Source: Candidatus Sericytochromatia bacterium (lineage in GTDB: Bacteria > Cyanobacteriota > Sericytochromatia > S15B-MN24 > JAQBPE01). From it: a stretch of DNA of 64,000 bases. A program made the position numbers and the translations under genes. The stretch covers positions 83,290 to 147,289 of the forward strand of contig JBBAPZ010000001.1 in NCBI GenBank assembly GCA_040400605.1, written 5' to 3'. Shown piece by piece: positions 52,361 to 61,618 of the stretch. Below the pieces are notes generated by a model that was given only the letters and a program-made list of their open reading frames with translations, had not been told where the DNA came from and made no database searches. Position 1 is the first letter of the stretch. Every line of letters begins with the position of its first letter.

Positions 52361-52684
52361 GAAAATCCTTTCAGCACAGACAGAATCAACCGGTAAGCGA
52401 ATCAAACCAAGCGTCACGCACCGTAATTCAACGGCAAACCGTTCGGGCTTGAGGCGGAGGATGACGGTTGTTAGCCGTATGCCATGATAACCGCGCTATT
52501 CTCACCATTGGCGAAAAAATGAAAATTGAAAGATGAGACAATCTGAATTTTAAACGCATGTCGCCCCGGAAATCAAAGCGAACGGTCGCGAATTGGGGTG
52601 CAGGGCAAGCCTGATGGACGGTTGTGGTGCCTTGGCGGGTCGCACCAAGTGAACTGCTCCCAGCCGCACATAACCGTCCTCCAG

Positions 52685-52802
52685 CCATCAGATTGACCGA
52701 TTGGTTTTTAATTTTTTTAACATTTGGCGGCCGCTCGGACCATTGCGTCGTCTTTTTGCGTCTTGATGGTGTCAACGGCCGCCCGATCGGTCAATCTGAT
52801 GG
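52685..52802. repeat. 17-bp perfect (20-bp with one mismatch) inverted repeat flanked by a 10-bp direct repeat
   Basis: CCATCAGATTGACCGAT (52685-52701) and ATCGGTCAATCTGATGG (52786-52802); AACCGTCCTC at 52672 and 52807. Confidence 0.85.
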
Positions 52803-53017
52803 TATCAACCGTCCTCTCGCGATAGCCTGATGAACCTGTTGGGTACAAGGTGGATGTCCAGCGTGGTCGCCACCCCTTGGCGCGTCGCTGCAGCAAGCGA
52901 TATTCAAGATGTGCGAGCACCGGACCCGGGGGCTTTTGAGTGACGTGCAAGGGTGTTCTGACAAGACATTTGAAGCCAAGTCTGTAAAGAATGACGCCCG
53001 CTTTGGAGTCCTAAGGC

Positions 53018-54310
53018 ATGTCACCAGAAAACGACACACCCAGGAATACTGAAACACCCCTGACGCTGGGCTTTCTGGTTTTGGTGTGCAGCGGTTTGTG
53101 GCTGGTTGAAACGCTCAACGACGGCGTGAGACTTTTGGCCTGTTTGATTATCGTGATAGCGGGTGTTTACGTCATTGGCGCTCAGCGGACCAAGCAACGG
53201 TTGATGGGTGAGAACGACACCTACCGACGCTGGTTAGTGTCGTTGCATGCAACGAGTGGGCGCATTTCGGCCAAAATGGAGTTGGGCGAAACATTGCGTG
53301 CGATCGCAGAAGGTTTGCCAAACCTGATTCCACACGACGAGTGCATGATATTGCTGTTGGAACCACGAACCAATCTCTTGACACTTAAGTCGATCCCCAG
53401 GAACGGCAGGCCCTTGGTCCAATCCACAATCCGTGCCGGTCGTTCCCGTTCGGGTTTGCCGCTGGCCGAACTGAAGATTGCCGCCGATTACGGACTTTTT
53501 AGACGCATAACGGAGACGAAACAAGCTGTATTACTGAATGATTTGGACCAGGTATCATACGAACCAGGCATTCTGGCAGGCTATCGTTCTTTTTTGGGCA
53601 GTCCGCTTGTGAGTGAACAGGAGCTCCTTGGCGTCCTGGTCTTGCTTGGTGAACATTCGGGCAGCTTCAACGCAGATCACGAACACCTGTTGAATGTTGT
53701 GGCAGCTCAGTCAGCAACGGCCATCAAGAATGCACAGTTGTACCGTGTCAGCCAACAAATGGCGTTTACCGATGGACTGACAAAAGTTTTCAATCGTCGA
53801 TTTTTTGAGGATCAATTGCATATGGAGGTGACACGGGGCCGCCGTTATCACCATACAACGTCGCTCATGATGATCGATGTGGACTTCTTTAAGCGCTTTA
53901 ATGACACTTACGGCCATCCAATAGGAGACGACGTCTTAAGAATGATTGGAAAGACACTTGGCGCAAGCACCCGTGAGACTGACATTGTCGCACGCTATGG
54001 GGGGGAAGAATTCGTCGTGATTCTACCTGAAACCGGCATCGAGACGGCCATTGATGTGGCTGAACGCATACGAAAAAATGTTATGGCTCAGCATATTGCC
54101 GGCCCCGACAATGAGGCGTTGGGTGTTACCATCAGCATCGGTGTGGCCTCGGATCACGGAGAAGAAGCCAGCCATGCAGCTTTGATTGAGGCAGCCGATG
54201 CGTGCTTGCATCAATCCAAACAGATGGGTCGCAATCGTGTGGTGGCACAGGCGCAACCGCCTCGGACGCCCGATGTGGCGCCGAGTCAAACCATGCTCTC
54301 GCACGAATGA
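53018..54310 (+). CDS. Membrane-anchored GAF-GGDEF diguanylate cyclase
   Basis: Two N-terminal TM helices, GAF domain, DGLT..NRR, DVDFFKRFND.YGH, RETD I-site and RYGGEEF. Confidence 0.95.
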   Translation: MSPENDTPRNTETPLTLGFLVLVCSGLWLVETLNDGVRLLACLIIVIAGVYVIGAQRTKQRLMGENDTYRRWLVSLHATSGRISAKMELGETLRAIAEGLPNLIPHDECMILLLEPRTNLLTLKSIPRNGRPLVQSTIRAGRSRSGLPLAELKIAADYGLFRRITETKQAVLLNDLDQVSYEPGILAGYRSFLGSPLVSEQELLGVLVLLGEHSGSFNADHEHLLNVVAAQSATAIKNAQLYRVSQQMAFTDGLTKVFNRRFFEDQLHMEVTRGRRYHHTTSLMMIDVDFFKRFNDTYGHPIGDDVLRMIGKTLGASTRETDIVARYGGEEFVVILPETGIETAIDVAERIRKNVMAQHIAGPDNEALGVTISIGVASDHGEEASHAALIEAADACLHQSKQMGRNRVVAQAQPPRTPDVAPSQTMLSHE

Positions 54311-54471
54311 TGGGCCTGTATCATATGCAAAGCCGCAACTGTCGCATGATGCGGATTGATGGCAGTGCACCACGCGTTTCGAACAATGTGCGTTTCGTCA
54401 AACGTGGTTGACGATAGCCTCTTCACCTTACTAAAATGATTCTGTATTTTTTATTATGGAGAGCGTCACGC

Positions 54472-54798
54472 ATGTCGAAGCCAATCACCGTCACAGATGC
54501 GAATTTCAAGTCAACGGTTCTGGAGTCATCGAAACCGGTTCTGGTTGACTTTTGGGCAACGTGGTGTGGGCCGTGTCGCATGATTGCGCCCATCCTGGAC
54601 GAAATTTCCGCGGAAGAGGGGCAACGTGTGACAGTTGCCAAACTGGATGTCGATACCAATCAGGGAACCGCACAGGCGTATAACGTTATGAGCATTCCCA
54701 CCTTGATTTTGTTCAAGGATGGCAAGCCGCTGCAGACATTTGTCGGGTACAAGAGCAAGGAACAGTTGCTCGCCGGCCTGCGGCCCGTCATCGATTAG
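54472..54798 (+). CDS. trxA: Thioredoxin
   Basis: VLVDFWATWCGPC and SIPTL. Confidence 0.97.
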   Translation: MSKPITVTDANFKSTVLESSKPVLVDFWATWCGPCRMIAPILDEISAEEGQRVTVAKLDVDTNQGTAQAYNVMSIPTLILFKDGKPLQTFVGYKSKEQLLAGLRPVID

Positions 54799-54854
54799 TT
54801 TCTTGTTCAATGCGCGTGTCGATGCCTTGAACAAGAAGCAATTGTTACAGGGAA

Positions 54855-54883
54855 TTGACCAAAGACAAGGATAGGTGTAAAAT
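54855..54883 (+). promoter_or_regulatory. Sigma70-type promoter for tRNA-Arg
   Basis: TTGACC-N17-TAAAAT, 9 nt before the tRNA. Confidence 0.75.
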
Positions 54884-54892
54884 AAGAAAAGT

Positions 54893-54965
54893 GTCTCTGT
54901 AGCTCAGTGGATAGAGCGTCTGCCTCCGGAGCAGAAGGCCACAGGTTCAAGTCCTGTCAGGGACG
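54893..54965 (+). tRNA. tRNA-Arg(CCG), CCA not encoded
   Basis: GTCTCTG/CAGGGAC acceptor, TCTGC-CTCCGGA-GCAGA anticodon arm, TTCAAGT T-loop. Confidence 0.97.
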
Positions 54966-55062
54966 CCTAATTTTAATTGGGTGTACATTCGAGTCCTACG
55001 GTACATACGATTAAAACTTTCACCAAGCCTACAAATGTAAAGACTGGACAGGCGGGTGGGTA

Positions 55063-55209
55063 ATGGCGAGGCGGTTGGCACTGTATTTTAAGCTTGCGTG
55101 GCTGTGCTTTCTCTCGTTGTGGATACCTGCTGCAATACTCGAGAGGCTTATTAAGGATGCCCTCGACGCAGTCGCAAAATCACATGAGCCGGCCTCAAAA
55201 GGCACGTAA
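55063..55209 (+). CDS. Candidate 48-aa small membrane protein
   Basis: MARRLALYFKLAWLCFLSLWIPAAILERLIKDALDAVAKSHEPASKGT*; stops 2 nt before the next ATG. Confidence 0.45.
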   Translation: MARRLALYFKLAWLCFLSLWIPAAILERLIKDALDAVAKSHEPASKGT

Positions 55210-55211
55210 GA

Positions 55212-55736
55212 ATGGAACTCAATCTGCGGACCACGGTCAGTCCCTTGCTGGTTTCCGTGTGCGTGTTGAGTGTTGCGCCGAAACCTGCTTGGGCTGAATT
55301 GGGCAATACGTTTCTGCAGTTTCGGCATTCTCCCCTGATTGCAGGCAACGAACTGTTTCGCTTTGAGGGGCGCACCGGTGCGCGTTTTAGGTTTGGTGCG
55401 GCTTCTCGTTGCCCATTCGGCACGGCGGTGCTATACCTGGACACGGTCGATGGCACCGTGGTGCAGCAGACTTTGCTGTTGCCGTTGCCACGGGACTTGC
55501 GCCAAGCTCGTCTGGTGGAGCATATTGCCGGTCTTTTTTTACAGGACTCAGGCCTTGGTGCTGCCAATCAGGAGAAGGCTTTACAGGCCTTACGAGCGTG
55601 CTATGAGGGTGGCAGGCGCACACAGACGACGCTTGGCGAACGCGTTCTGCTCTTGGTTGCCTGTGACCCAGGCGCTGCGCACCTGATGATCGTGGTAGGC
55701 TTAAAGCCAGCGCAGGGAGCACCAGTTACGTCGTGA
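55212..55736 (+). CDS. Hypothetical exported protein
   Basis: Signal peptide ending AWA; no family recognised. Confidence 0.65.
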   Translation: MELNLRTTVSPLLVSVCVLSVAPKPAWAELGNTFLQFRHSPLIAGNELFRFEGRTGARFRFGAASRCPFGTAVLYLDTVDGTVVQQTLLLPLPRDLRQARLVEHIAGLFLQDSGLGAANQEKALQALRACYEGGRRTQTTLGERVLLLVACDPGAAHLMIVVGLKPAQGAPVTS

Positions 55737-56008
55737 ATCCTCTTCGATTGGTGCGGGCTTGCACCAAAGGCCCGGAATGAACAAGGAGCCTGCGTGGGGG
55801 AGCGGACCAGTGGTTTTACCGCGTTACCAACGGAAAAAGGGTATCGAAGCAAAATCGTCGATCCATACGCGCATTCTTCCCGGCGGGTTCAAACACTGTG
55901 GTGAGGGAGAAGCCTCGGAGCGATCGGTTTAGAACCCTGGCGCGACGAACTTTCAGTTCGTTAAAGTGCCGAGCGTTACCTTGTTTGGTGCGCTTGATTT
56001 GAGGATGC

Positions 56009-56428
56009 ATGCCGATGAATTTGATGTTTTTGTTTGTCGCGATCGCTGGCGTCTTGATAGGCGTGTTGCTCATGGTTGGCGTGGTTGTCGTTAAGCGGGC
56101 AAGGCGTCTTGAGAAACGTGAGCGTCTGATTCGGTTGGCATCGGTTGCTGCTGCTGATGAGTCGGGTGCGGCGCTTGTCGCGTTGCTTGATGCCGTGGCG
56201 CACGAAAAAGACGACTGTCCGGTCAAGGTGAGGTGGGTTTTTCATAACAGTGCTCGTAATCCCGTGCCATCCGTGTTGATCACCATCACCTGGGATGGCA
56301 ACGAATGGCGCCGGGTTAGCCCGATAGCGGTGCTATATAAAAACCTCGAATCAGTGCTATCCGACGGGCAGAGCCACTTGGCGCGTCAGTTTCGCGAGGA
56401 TCTGCAGGCCTATGCGGCCGCACCGTGA
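56009..56428 (+). CDS. Hypothetical membrane-anchored protein
   Basis: N-terminal TM helix followed by a basic stretch; GAGG RBS. Confidence 0.7.
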   Translation: MPMNLMFLFVAIAGVLIGVLLMVGVVVVKRARRLEKRERLIRLASVAAADESGAALVALLDAVAHEKDDCPVKVRWVFHNSARNPVPSVLITITWDGNEWRRVSPIAVLYKNLESVLSDGQSHLARQFREDLQAYAAAP

Positions 56429-56431
56429 TGC

Positions 56432-57424
56432 TCAGACGTCAATCTCGCCTGCAAGCGACAGATGGAAGGTCTTGCGCACCTTGTCAACATCGCCGGGATA
56501 CTGACCAAGCAAAAACATGAGTTTGACCACCGTTGCCTCGATGGTCATATCGCGTGCTGAGACAGCCCCCGCTTCACCTGCGCGGCGCGCACTTTCGTAA
56601 AGGTCCAAATCAACCGTGCCGCCCATCGCCTGGGAGTTTAAAACTATCAGCTTGCCTTTTTGGGTCGCTTCCTCGATGAAACCAAGGAGGCTGTTTTCGT
56701 GTATCGGGACATTACCAGAGCCAAACGCCTCGATGACAATGGCGCTGATCGCCGTATCCAGCAATGGCATCCAGTGTTGCGGATTCATACCGGGAAACGG
56801 TCGCAAAACCAAAACGCGATCAGAAAAATCCATATCCAGTCGAAACAACCCGCTTGGCCGACGCAAAAGTTCATCGCGAATGCGGATGTGAAGCCCCACT
56901 TCCGCCAGCGGCGGAAAATTGGGCGATGCGAAGGCATCATAGTCGTGAATGCTGACTTTCTTCGCCCGATTGCCACGAAACAAGCGATGGTTAAAAAAAA
57001 GTCCAACCTCCGGAATCGCCTGACATGCCAGTTCGAGTGCATTGACCAGATTCGCCTTTGCGTCTGTGCGAATCACCGCAATCGGGCGTTGTGCCCCGGT
57101 CAGAATGACCGGCTTGGGAAGATTGGCCAACATGTACGACAGCGCAGCCGCTGTGTACGCCATCGTATCTGTGCCGTGAATTACCACAAAGCCATCATAA
57201 TGATCCAACGTCAAGGCGATCGCCTCGGCGATCGCACACCAATGTGCTACTTGCAAGTTCGCGCTGTCCTCGCTGAACAGCACCCGCGTATCAATCTCCG
57301 CCAGTTTCAAGGCCTCCGGAATGAAGCGAAACACCTCCGCCCCATCCGAGCAGGCACGCATGCCATCCGTCCGAGGCACCATCCCCAAAGTGCCTCCGGT
57401 ATGCAAGAGCAAGAGCTTTTTCAT
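56432..57424 (-). CDS. ansA: L-asparaginase type I
   Basis: HTGGTLGM, HGTDTMAY, TGAQ, FASPN and FGSGN. Confidence 0.95.
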   Translation of the reverse strand: MKKLLLLHTGGTLGMVPRTDGMRACSDGAEVFRFIPEALKLAEIDTRVLFSEDSANLQVAHWCAIAEAIALTLDHYDGFVVIHGTDTMAYTAAALSYMLANLPKPVILTGAQRPIAVIRTDAKANLVNALELACQAIPEVGLFFNHRLFRGNRAKKVSIHDYDAFASPNFPPLAEVGLHIRIRDELLRRPSGLFRLDMDFSDRVLVLRPFPGMNPQHWMPLLDTAISAIVIEAFGSGNVPIHENSLLGFIEEATQKGKLIVLNSQAMGGTVDLDLYESARRAGEAGAVSARDMTIEATVVKLMFLLGQYPGDVDKVRKTFHLSLAGEIDV

Positions 57425-57693
57425 TGGCCGCCCAGTTGCTCTCGATACAACCGATTAGCGAGCGTCGCCAGCTCTGAATCATCCAGAGACCACGACCACT
57501 CCTCAGGGCCGTGGTCCCCATGAAATCGGCAACGCCCAAGTTCGAGCAGTTCTACCACCGATTCCTGTACGGATTGATCATCTTTTTCGCCCAAACGAAA
57601 ATCACGCTCGATGCGCGCGAACTGATCGGAACGGGCTATCTGGTACTGCAGTTCAGCAAGATCCGTCAAGAAGGTACGGGTGGCGCGTGGCAT
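57421..57693 (-). CDS. Hypothetical 90-aa protein
   Basis: Fills the clpP-ansA gap; ATGA overlap with ansA. Confidence 0.7.
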   Translation of the reverse strand: MPRATRTFLTDLAELQYQIARSDQFARIERDFRLGEKDDQSVQESVVELLELGRCRFHGDHGPEEWSWSLDDSELATLANRLYREQLGGQ

Positions 57694-57698
57694 CGTCG

Positions 57699-58370
57699 TT
57701 AAGCCTTGATATCACCCTCGCCACCTTCCATGGGCGGCATTGGAACCTGGCTTTCACCAATGCGCGGAATCAGCACTTGATCAATCAACCCGTACGCCTT
57801 CGCTTCATCCGCTGACATATAGAAATCGCGCTCCATGTCACGACTGAGCTTCTCTTCGGGCTGTTTCGTGTGAATGGCCATCAACTGCGTCAGATACTTT
57901 TTGATCCGTAGAATCTCTGCCGCCTGAATCTGGATGTCCGTCGCCTGACCACGCGCACCACCCAATGGCTGGTGAATCATGATGCGCGCATTGGGCAAGG
58001 CAATGCGCTTGCCGGGAGCACCACCCGCCAAGAGGAATGAGCCCATCGATGCCGCTTGCCCCAGACAAATCGTCGAAACATCAGACTTGATGTACTGCAT
58101 GGTGTCGTAAATGGCCATGCCAGCCGTCACAACACCACCCGGGCTGTTGATGTACAGCATGATGTCCTTGTTGGGATCTTCCGACTCCAGGAACAACAGT
58201 TGCGCAATGATGAGATTGGCCACGTCATCGTCGATGGGGGTTCCCAGGAAAATGATGCGCTCCTTCAGCAAACGCGAAAAGATGTCGTAACCCCGTTCAC
58301 CACGACTGGTACTCTCAACAACCGTCGGGACGATGGCCATCCTTGGATCAAACACATTCAACTCCTTCAC
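57699..58370 (-). CDS. clpP: ATP-dependent Clp protease proteolytic subunit
   Basis: [32 protein letters not shown] and ERD. Confidence 0.98.
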   Translation of the reverse strand: MKELNVFDPRMAIVPTVVESTSRGERGYDIFSRLLKERIIFLGTPIDDDVANLIIAQLLFLESEDPNKDIMLYINSPGGVVTAGMAIYDTMQYIKSDVSTICLGQAASMGSFLLAGGAPGKRIALPNARIMIHQPLGGARGQATDIQIQAAEILRIKKYLTQLMAIHTKQPEEKLSRDMERDFYMSADEAKAYGLIDQVLIPRIGESQVPMPPMEGGEGDIKA

Positions 58371-58533
58371 ATCCGTTCGCTAAGACCTTGGCTTTCGGAT
58401 GCCATGAACCGGCACAGCCTTCCAATTACCTGGCGCCAGTATACCCGAATCAGTGGATTTTAGACGCCACTGCCGCTTATAATCGACTCTGTGCCAGTGT
58501 TTTTGCACCGTCCATTATAAGCGAGTGTTTTTA

Positions 58534-60174
58534 GTGATTGCATTCAATTCTGTAGCGAAGTTTCAGGGTAAGAAGTACCTCTTTAAAGAGGGCAGCTTTC
58601 AAGTCAACCCAGGGGACCGCGTTGGATTGGTTGGTGCCAACGGTGCGGGAAAGACCACGATTTTTCGACTCATCAACGGCGACGAAAGTCCTGATGAGGG
58701 GACGGTTATCATACCGGAGCGCTTCGTGGTGGGTTACTTCTCGCAGAACATGGCGGAGATGAAAGGCGTCAGTGTGCTCGAGGCGGCCTTGGCCGGTTGC
58801 CGTCACGTCCTTGATTTGCGTGACGCGATTGATGGCTATGGCGAAGCTTTGGGCGATCCGACGCTCGATGATGCGCGTATGACGGAATTGCTTGAACAAC
58901 TGGGTGAAGCCCAAGAGGCCTACGAAGCGCGTGGCGGCTATGACCTGGAGCAGCGCGCCAAAGAAATACTAAGTGGGCTCGGTTTTCGTGATCAGGATTT
59001 CGACCGGGATGTCAGTCAGTTTTCCGGCGGCTGGCGTATGCGCATCGAGTTGGCCAAGGTGTTGTTGATGCAGCCGGATGCGTTGGTGCTTGATGAGCCA
59101 ACCAACCATTTGGACCTTGAATCGATTGTTTGGTTAGAGGATTTCCTGGGCCGTTACAAAGGTGCGATTTTGTTGACCGCTCACGATCGCGACTTTATGA
59201 ACAGGCTGGTGAACCGGGTGGTGGCAATTGAATACAGCACCATCAATGTTTACAGTGGCAATTTTGATTTTTATGTCAAAGAGAGCGAACAACGCCTGGC
59301 CAACCTGGAAGCACAGGCCAAGCGTCAGGAAGACAAGTTAGCCAAGGAAGAGGAGTTCATCGCACGTTTTAAAGCGCGGGCGTCGCATGCAGCTCAGGTG
59401 CAGTCCCGAGTGAAGATGATTGAAAAAATGGATCGCATTGAAGTGCCCAAAGAGGCGCGTGCCGTGAAATTGTTGTGGCCGGATTGTCCGCGCAGCGGTG
59501 ATGTCGTCGGTACCATCGAGGGTGTCTGCAAATCTTTTGGGGACAAAGCGGTTTTGCAAGGAACGCAGTTCGAGTTGCGGCGTGGTGAGCGCCTCGCTCT
59601 GCTGGGCATCAATGGGGCTGGTAAGTCGACCTTGCTGAAAATCATTGCCGGTGAACTTGTGCCTGATGCAGGTCGGTATCAGTCGGGGGCAAACTTGTTT
59701 CCAGCTTATTTTGCGCAGCATCAAACAGAGGTACTGGATCGTAACAAGACGGTGTTTGACTGTGTTGCCGAGGTCATGCCAACTGCTAACCGAGGCGTCG
59801 TGCAGAACATTTTGGGTTCGGTTCTGTTCAGTGGAGATGATGTTGAGAAGAAGGTTGGCGTGTTGTCGGGTGGCGAAAAAACGCGTGTCGTTCTAGCGCG
59901 GATCCTGGCGAACCCGGTTAATTTCCTGATTCTGGACGAGCCAACCAACCATTTGGACCTACGCAGTCGTGAAATATTGCTAGAGGCGCTGAAGCGTTTT
60001 GAGGGAACCATTATTTTCGTGTCTCACGATCGTCATTTTCTGCGTGAGATTGCATCGAAAGTTGTGGTATTGGATGGCGGCATGACGACCACTTATCTGG
60101 GGGGCTTGCAAGAGTTCCTGGACAAAAACGGGCATCGTTTTCCGGGTTCAGACCATACCTTGCGTGTGGGTTAA
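58534..60174 (+). CDS. ABC-F family ribosome-associated ATPase
   Basis: Two ABC cassettes (GANGAGKT/FSGGW/LDEPTNHLD and GINGAGKS/LSGGE/LDEPTNHLD); no TM helix. Confidence 0.95.
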   Translation: MIAFNSVAKFQGKKYLFKEGSFQVNPGDRVGLVGANGAGKTTIFRLINGDESPDEGTVIIPERFVVGYFSQNMAEMKGVSVLEAALAGCRHVLDLRDAIDGYGEALGDPTLDDARMTELLEQLGEAQEAYEARGGYDLEQRAKEILSGLGFRDQDFDRDVSQFSGGWRMRIELAKVLLMQPDALVLDEPTNHLDLESIVWLEDFLGRYKGAILLTAHDRDFMNRLVNRVVAIEYSTINVYSGNFDFYVKESEQRLANLEAQAKRQEDKLAKEEEFIARFKARASHAAQVQSRVKMIEKMDRIEVPKEARAVKLLWPDCPRSGDVVGTIEGVCKSFGDKAVLQGTQFELRRGERLALLGINGAGKSTLLKIIAGELVPDAGRYQSGANLFPAYFAQHQTEVLDRNKTVFDCVAEVMPTANRGVVQNILGSVLFSGDDVEKKVGVLSGGEKTRVVLARILANPVNFLILDEPTNHLDLRSREILLEALKRFEGTIIFVSHDRHFLREIASKVVVLDGGMTTTYLGGLQEFLDKNGHRFPGSDHTLRVG

Positions 60175-60305
60175 GGTTGAAATCAACCTGTGACGAATGC
60201 GTGCTTCGTGACTTGGAATTGTCATAATCGGGTATATGAGTTAATGATGGGCAGGCGCGTGAACTGGTGCCTGGTCAGTTGGGTGCGAGGGTGAGGGGAC
60301 AGGGT

Positions 60306-61616
60306 ATGGTGGATCGAGAAAAAGCGCTCAATATTTTGCTCGGCCGCTATCGTTATGAGCAGGCGATGCGGCTTTTTGGTGAATATTGTTTGTTGCTTGA
60401 TGAAACATGGAGTGATTTTGTCGGGCGTCATACTCCTTTGCGGTTGAAGCAGATTCACAAGCAGTTGTCTGCTGTTGGGCTGTGGCCGCCTGAATTGGTG
60501 TTACCGGCGGCGGTCGGAACTGGAAATCTTGCGGGTGATTTGATCATGCACGCGAGCAAGGCCGTGACCGGCATGTTGGGAAATTTGCGGGCAAAAACCC
60601 AGGAACTGCCCCCATTATCCGATGTCGTGACGGCAAATGCTGTGCCAAAAGATCTTGCGGTGGAACGTTCGGTGCAACGGGTTGTCGGTGGGGACCCGGA
60701 GGCTTTGTTGCAGAGTCTCGTCGTGCCCACGTTTTCGCTGGAGTTGGCTGGCAATTTACACGGGCACGCCCATTTGGCGGCTCGGGAAAGCCCTTTGGCG
60801 GACGCGGTTGGCGTGGCGCGATACCGGGTGGCCCACGAGTGTGGATTTGTGTTTCCCTTGTTGGATGTGCGACAAAACGCGGAGTTGGCACAAGATACGT
60901 ATGTCATTCGTATTTTTGGGGAGACGGTGGGAGAGGGTTCTATCCTTCCCGATTTGCATTGTTTGCTGAATGTGGTGCGGAGTGAGGGGGAGCCTTACCG
61001 GGTCCATCCGGTGAGAGGGGGGCAGGTTCGTTGGGTTCCGGCTCACGTGGCTGCCAGTTGGTCGGGTGAGGTTCATCCGGCGTGGCGGGTGGTCGCGGAA
61101 CATATTGAACACGTGGCGAATCGCCATGCGCATCGGATGTTGACCAATCAGGCTGTCGAGTTGCTTTTGCGAGCCCATGAATCCGAAATCGGTAAAGAGA
61201 CTTTCTCGGAGTTGTTTGGTCGATTTTTGTCCTTGACGGAGATTCGACTGGTGTTGCAACGAATGTTGCAGGCTGGCCATAGCATTCGACCGATCGCCCG
61301 GATTGTGGATATTTTGTTGGCGCACTTTATCGAGTTCCTCTCAGGACGTCAGGTGAACATGGATGATACGTGGAAGATTTCCGCACATGTCCCGTTTTGT
61401 TCGACTGACACGTTATACCGGGTGGTGTGTGATGGCTTGGGTTTGCCGGCTGTGAGCGAGCAACTGAGCGACGTTGCTGCGTCGCTTGAGCGGGTGATGC
61501 GACAGCCTTCTGCCAAGCGGGCGCGCACGGTTGGGGATGGCAATGGATTGCCACTGACCCCGGATTCGGTTGAGCGTCGCGAGCACCGTTTTTTGGATGC
61601 CGAAGAAGGGGGTTAA
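60306..61616 (+). CDS. Stand-alone FHIPEP (FlhA/SctV cytoplasmic domain-like) protein
   Basis: ECGFVFPLLDVRQNAELAQDTYVIRIFG, HPV..VRWV, VVAEHIEHV..RHAHRMLT and VLQRMLQAGHSIRPIARI match the FlhA-C pattern; no TM region. Confidence 0.8.
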   Translation: MVDREKALNILLGRYRYEQAMRLFGEYCLLLDETWSDFVGRHTPLRLKQIHKQLSAVGLWPPELVLPAAVGTGNLAGDLIMHASKAVTGMLGNLRAKTQELPPLSDVVTANAVPKDLAVERSVQRVVGGDPEALLQSLVVPTFSLELAGNLHGHAHLAARESPLADAVGVARYRVAHECGFVFPLLDVRQNAELAQDTYVIRIFGETVGEGSILPDLHCLLNVVRSEGEPYRVHPVRGGQVRWVPAHVAASWSGEVHPAWRVVAEHIEHVANRHAHRMLTNQAVELLLRAHESEIGKETFSELFGRFLSLTEIRLVLQRMLQAGHSIRPIARIVDILLAHFIEFLSGRQVNMDDTWKISAHVPFCSTDTLYRVVCDGLGLPAVSEQLSDVAASLERVMRQPSAKRARTVGDGNGLPLTPDSVERREHRFLDAEEGG

Positions 61617-61618
61617 GC

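Noticed and set aside
52590..52870. TPP riboswitch-like words (GGGGTGC, GAACCTG, CCAGCG)
   Set aside because: No CTGAGA core, wrong spacing and no thiamine gene downstream.
47216..54965. Possible integrative island at tRNA-Ala or tRNA-Arg
   Set aside because: No integrase and no duplicated tRNA 3' end (att site) seen; only one gene looks compositionally atypical.
55760..55895. GCGGGTTCAA and partial hairpin suggestive of 6S RNA
   Set aside because: Pairing is weak and G:U-rich, with no closing stem or central bubble I can support.
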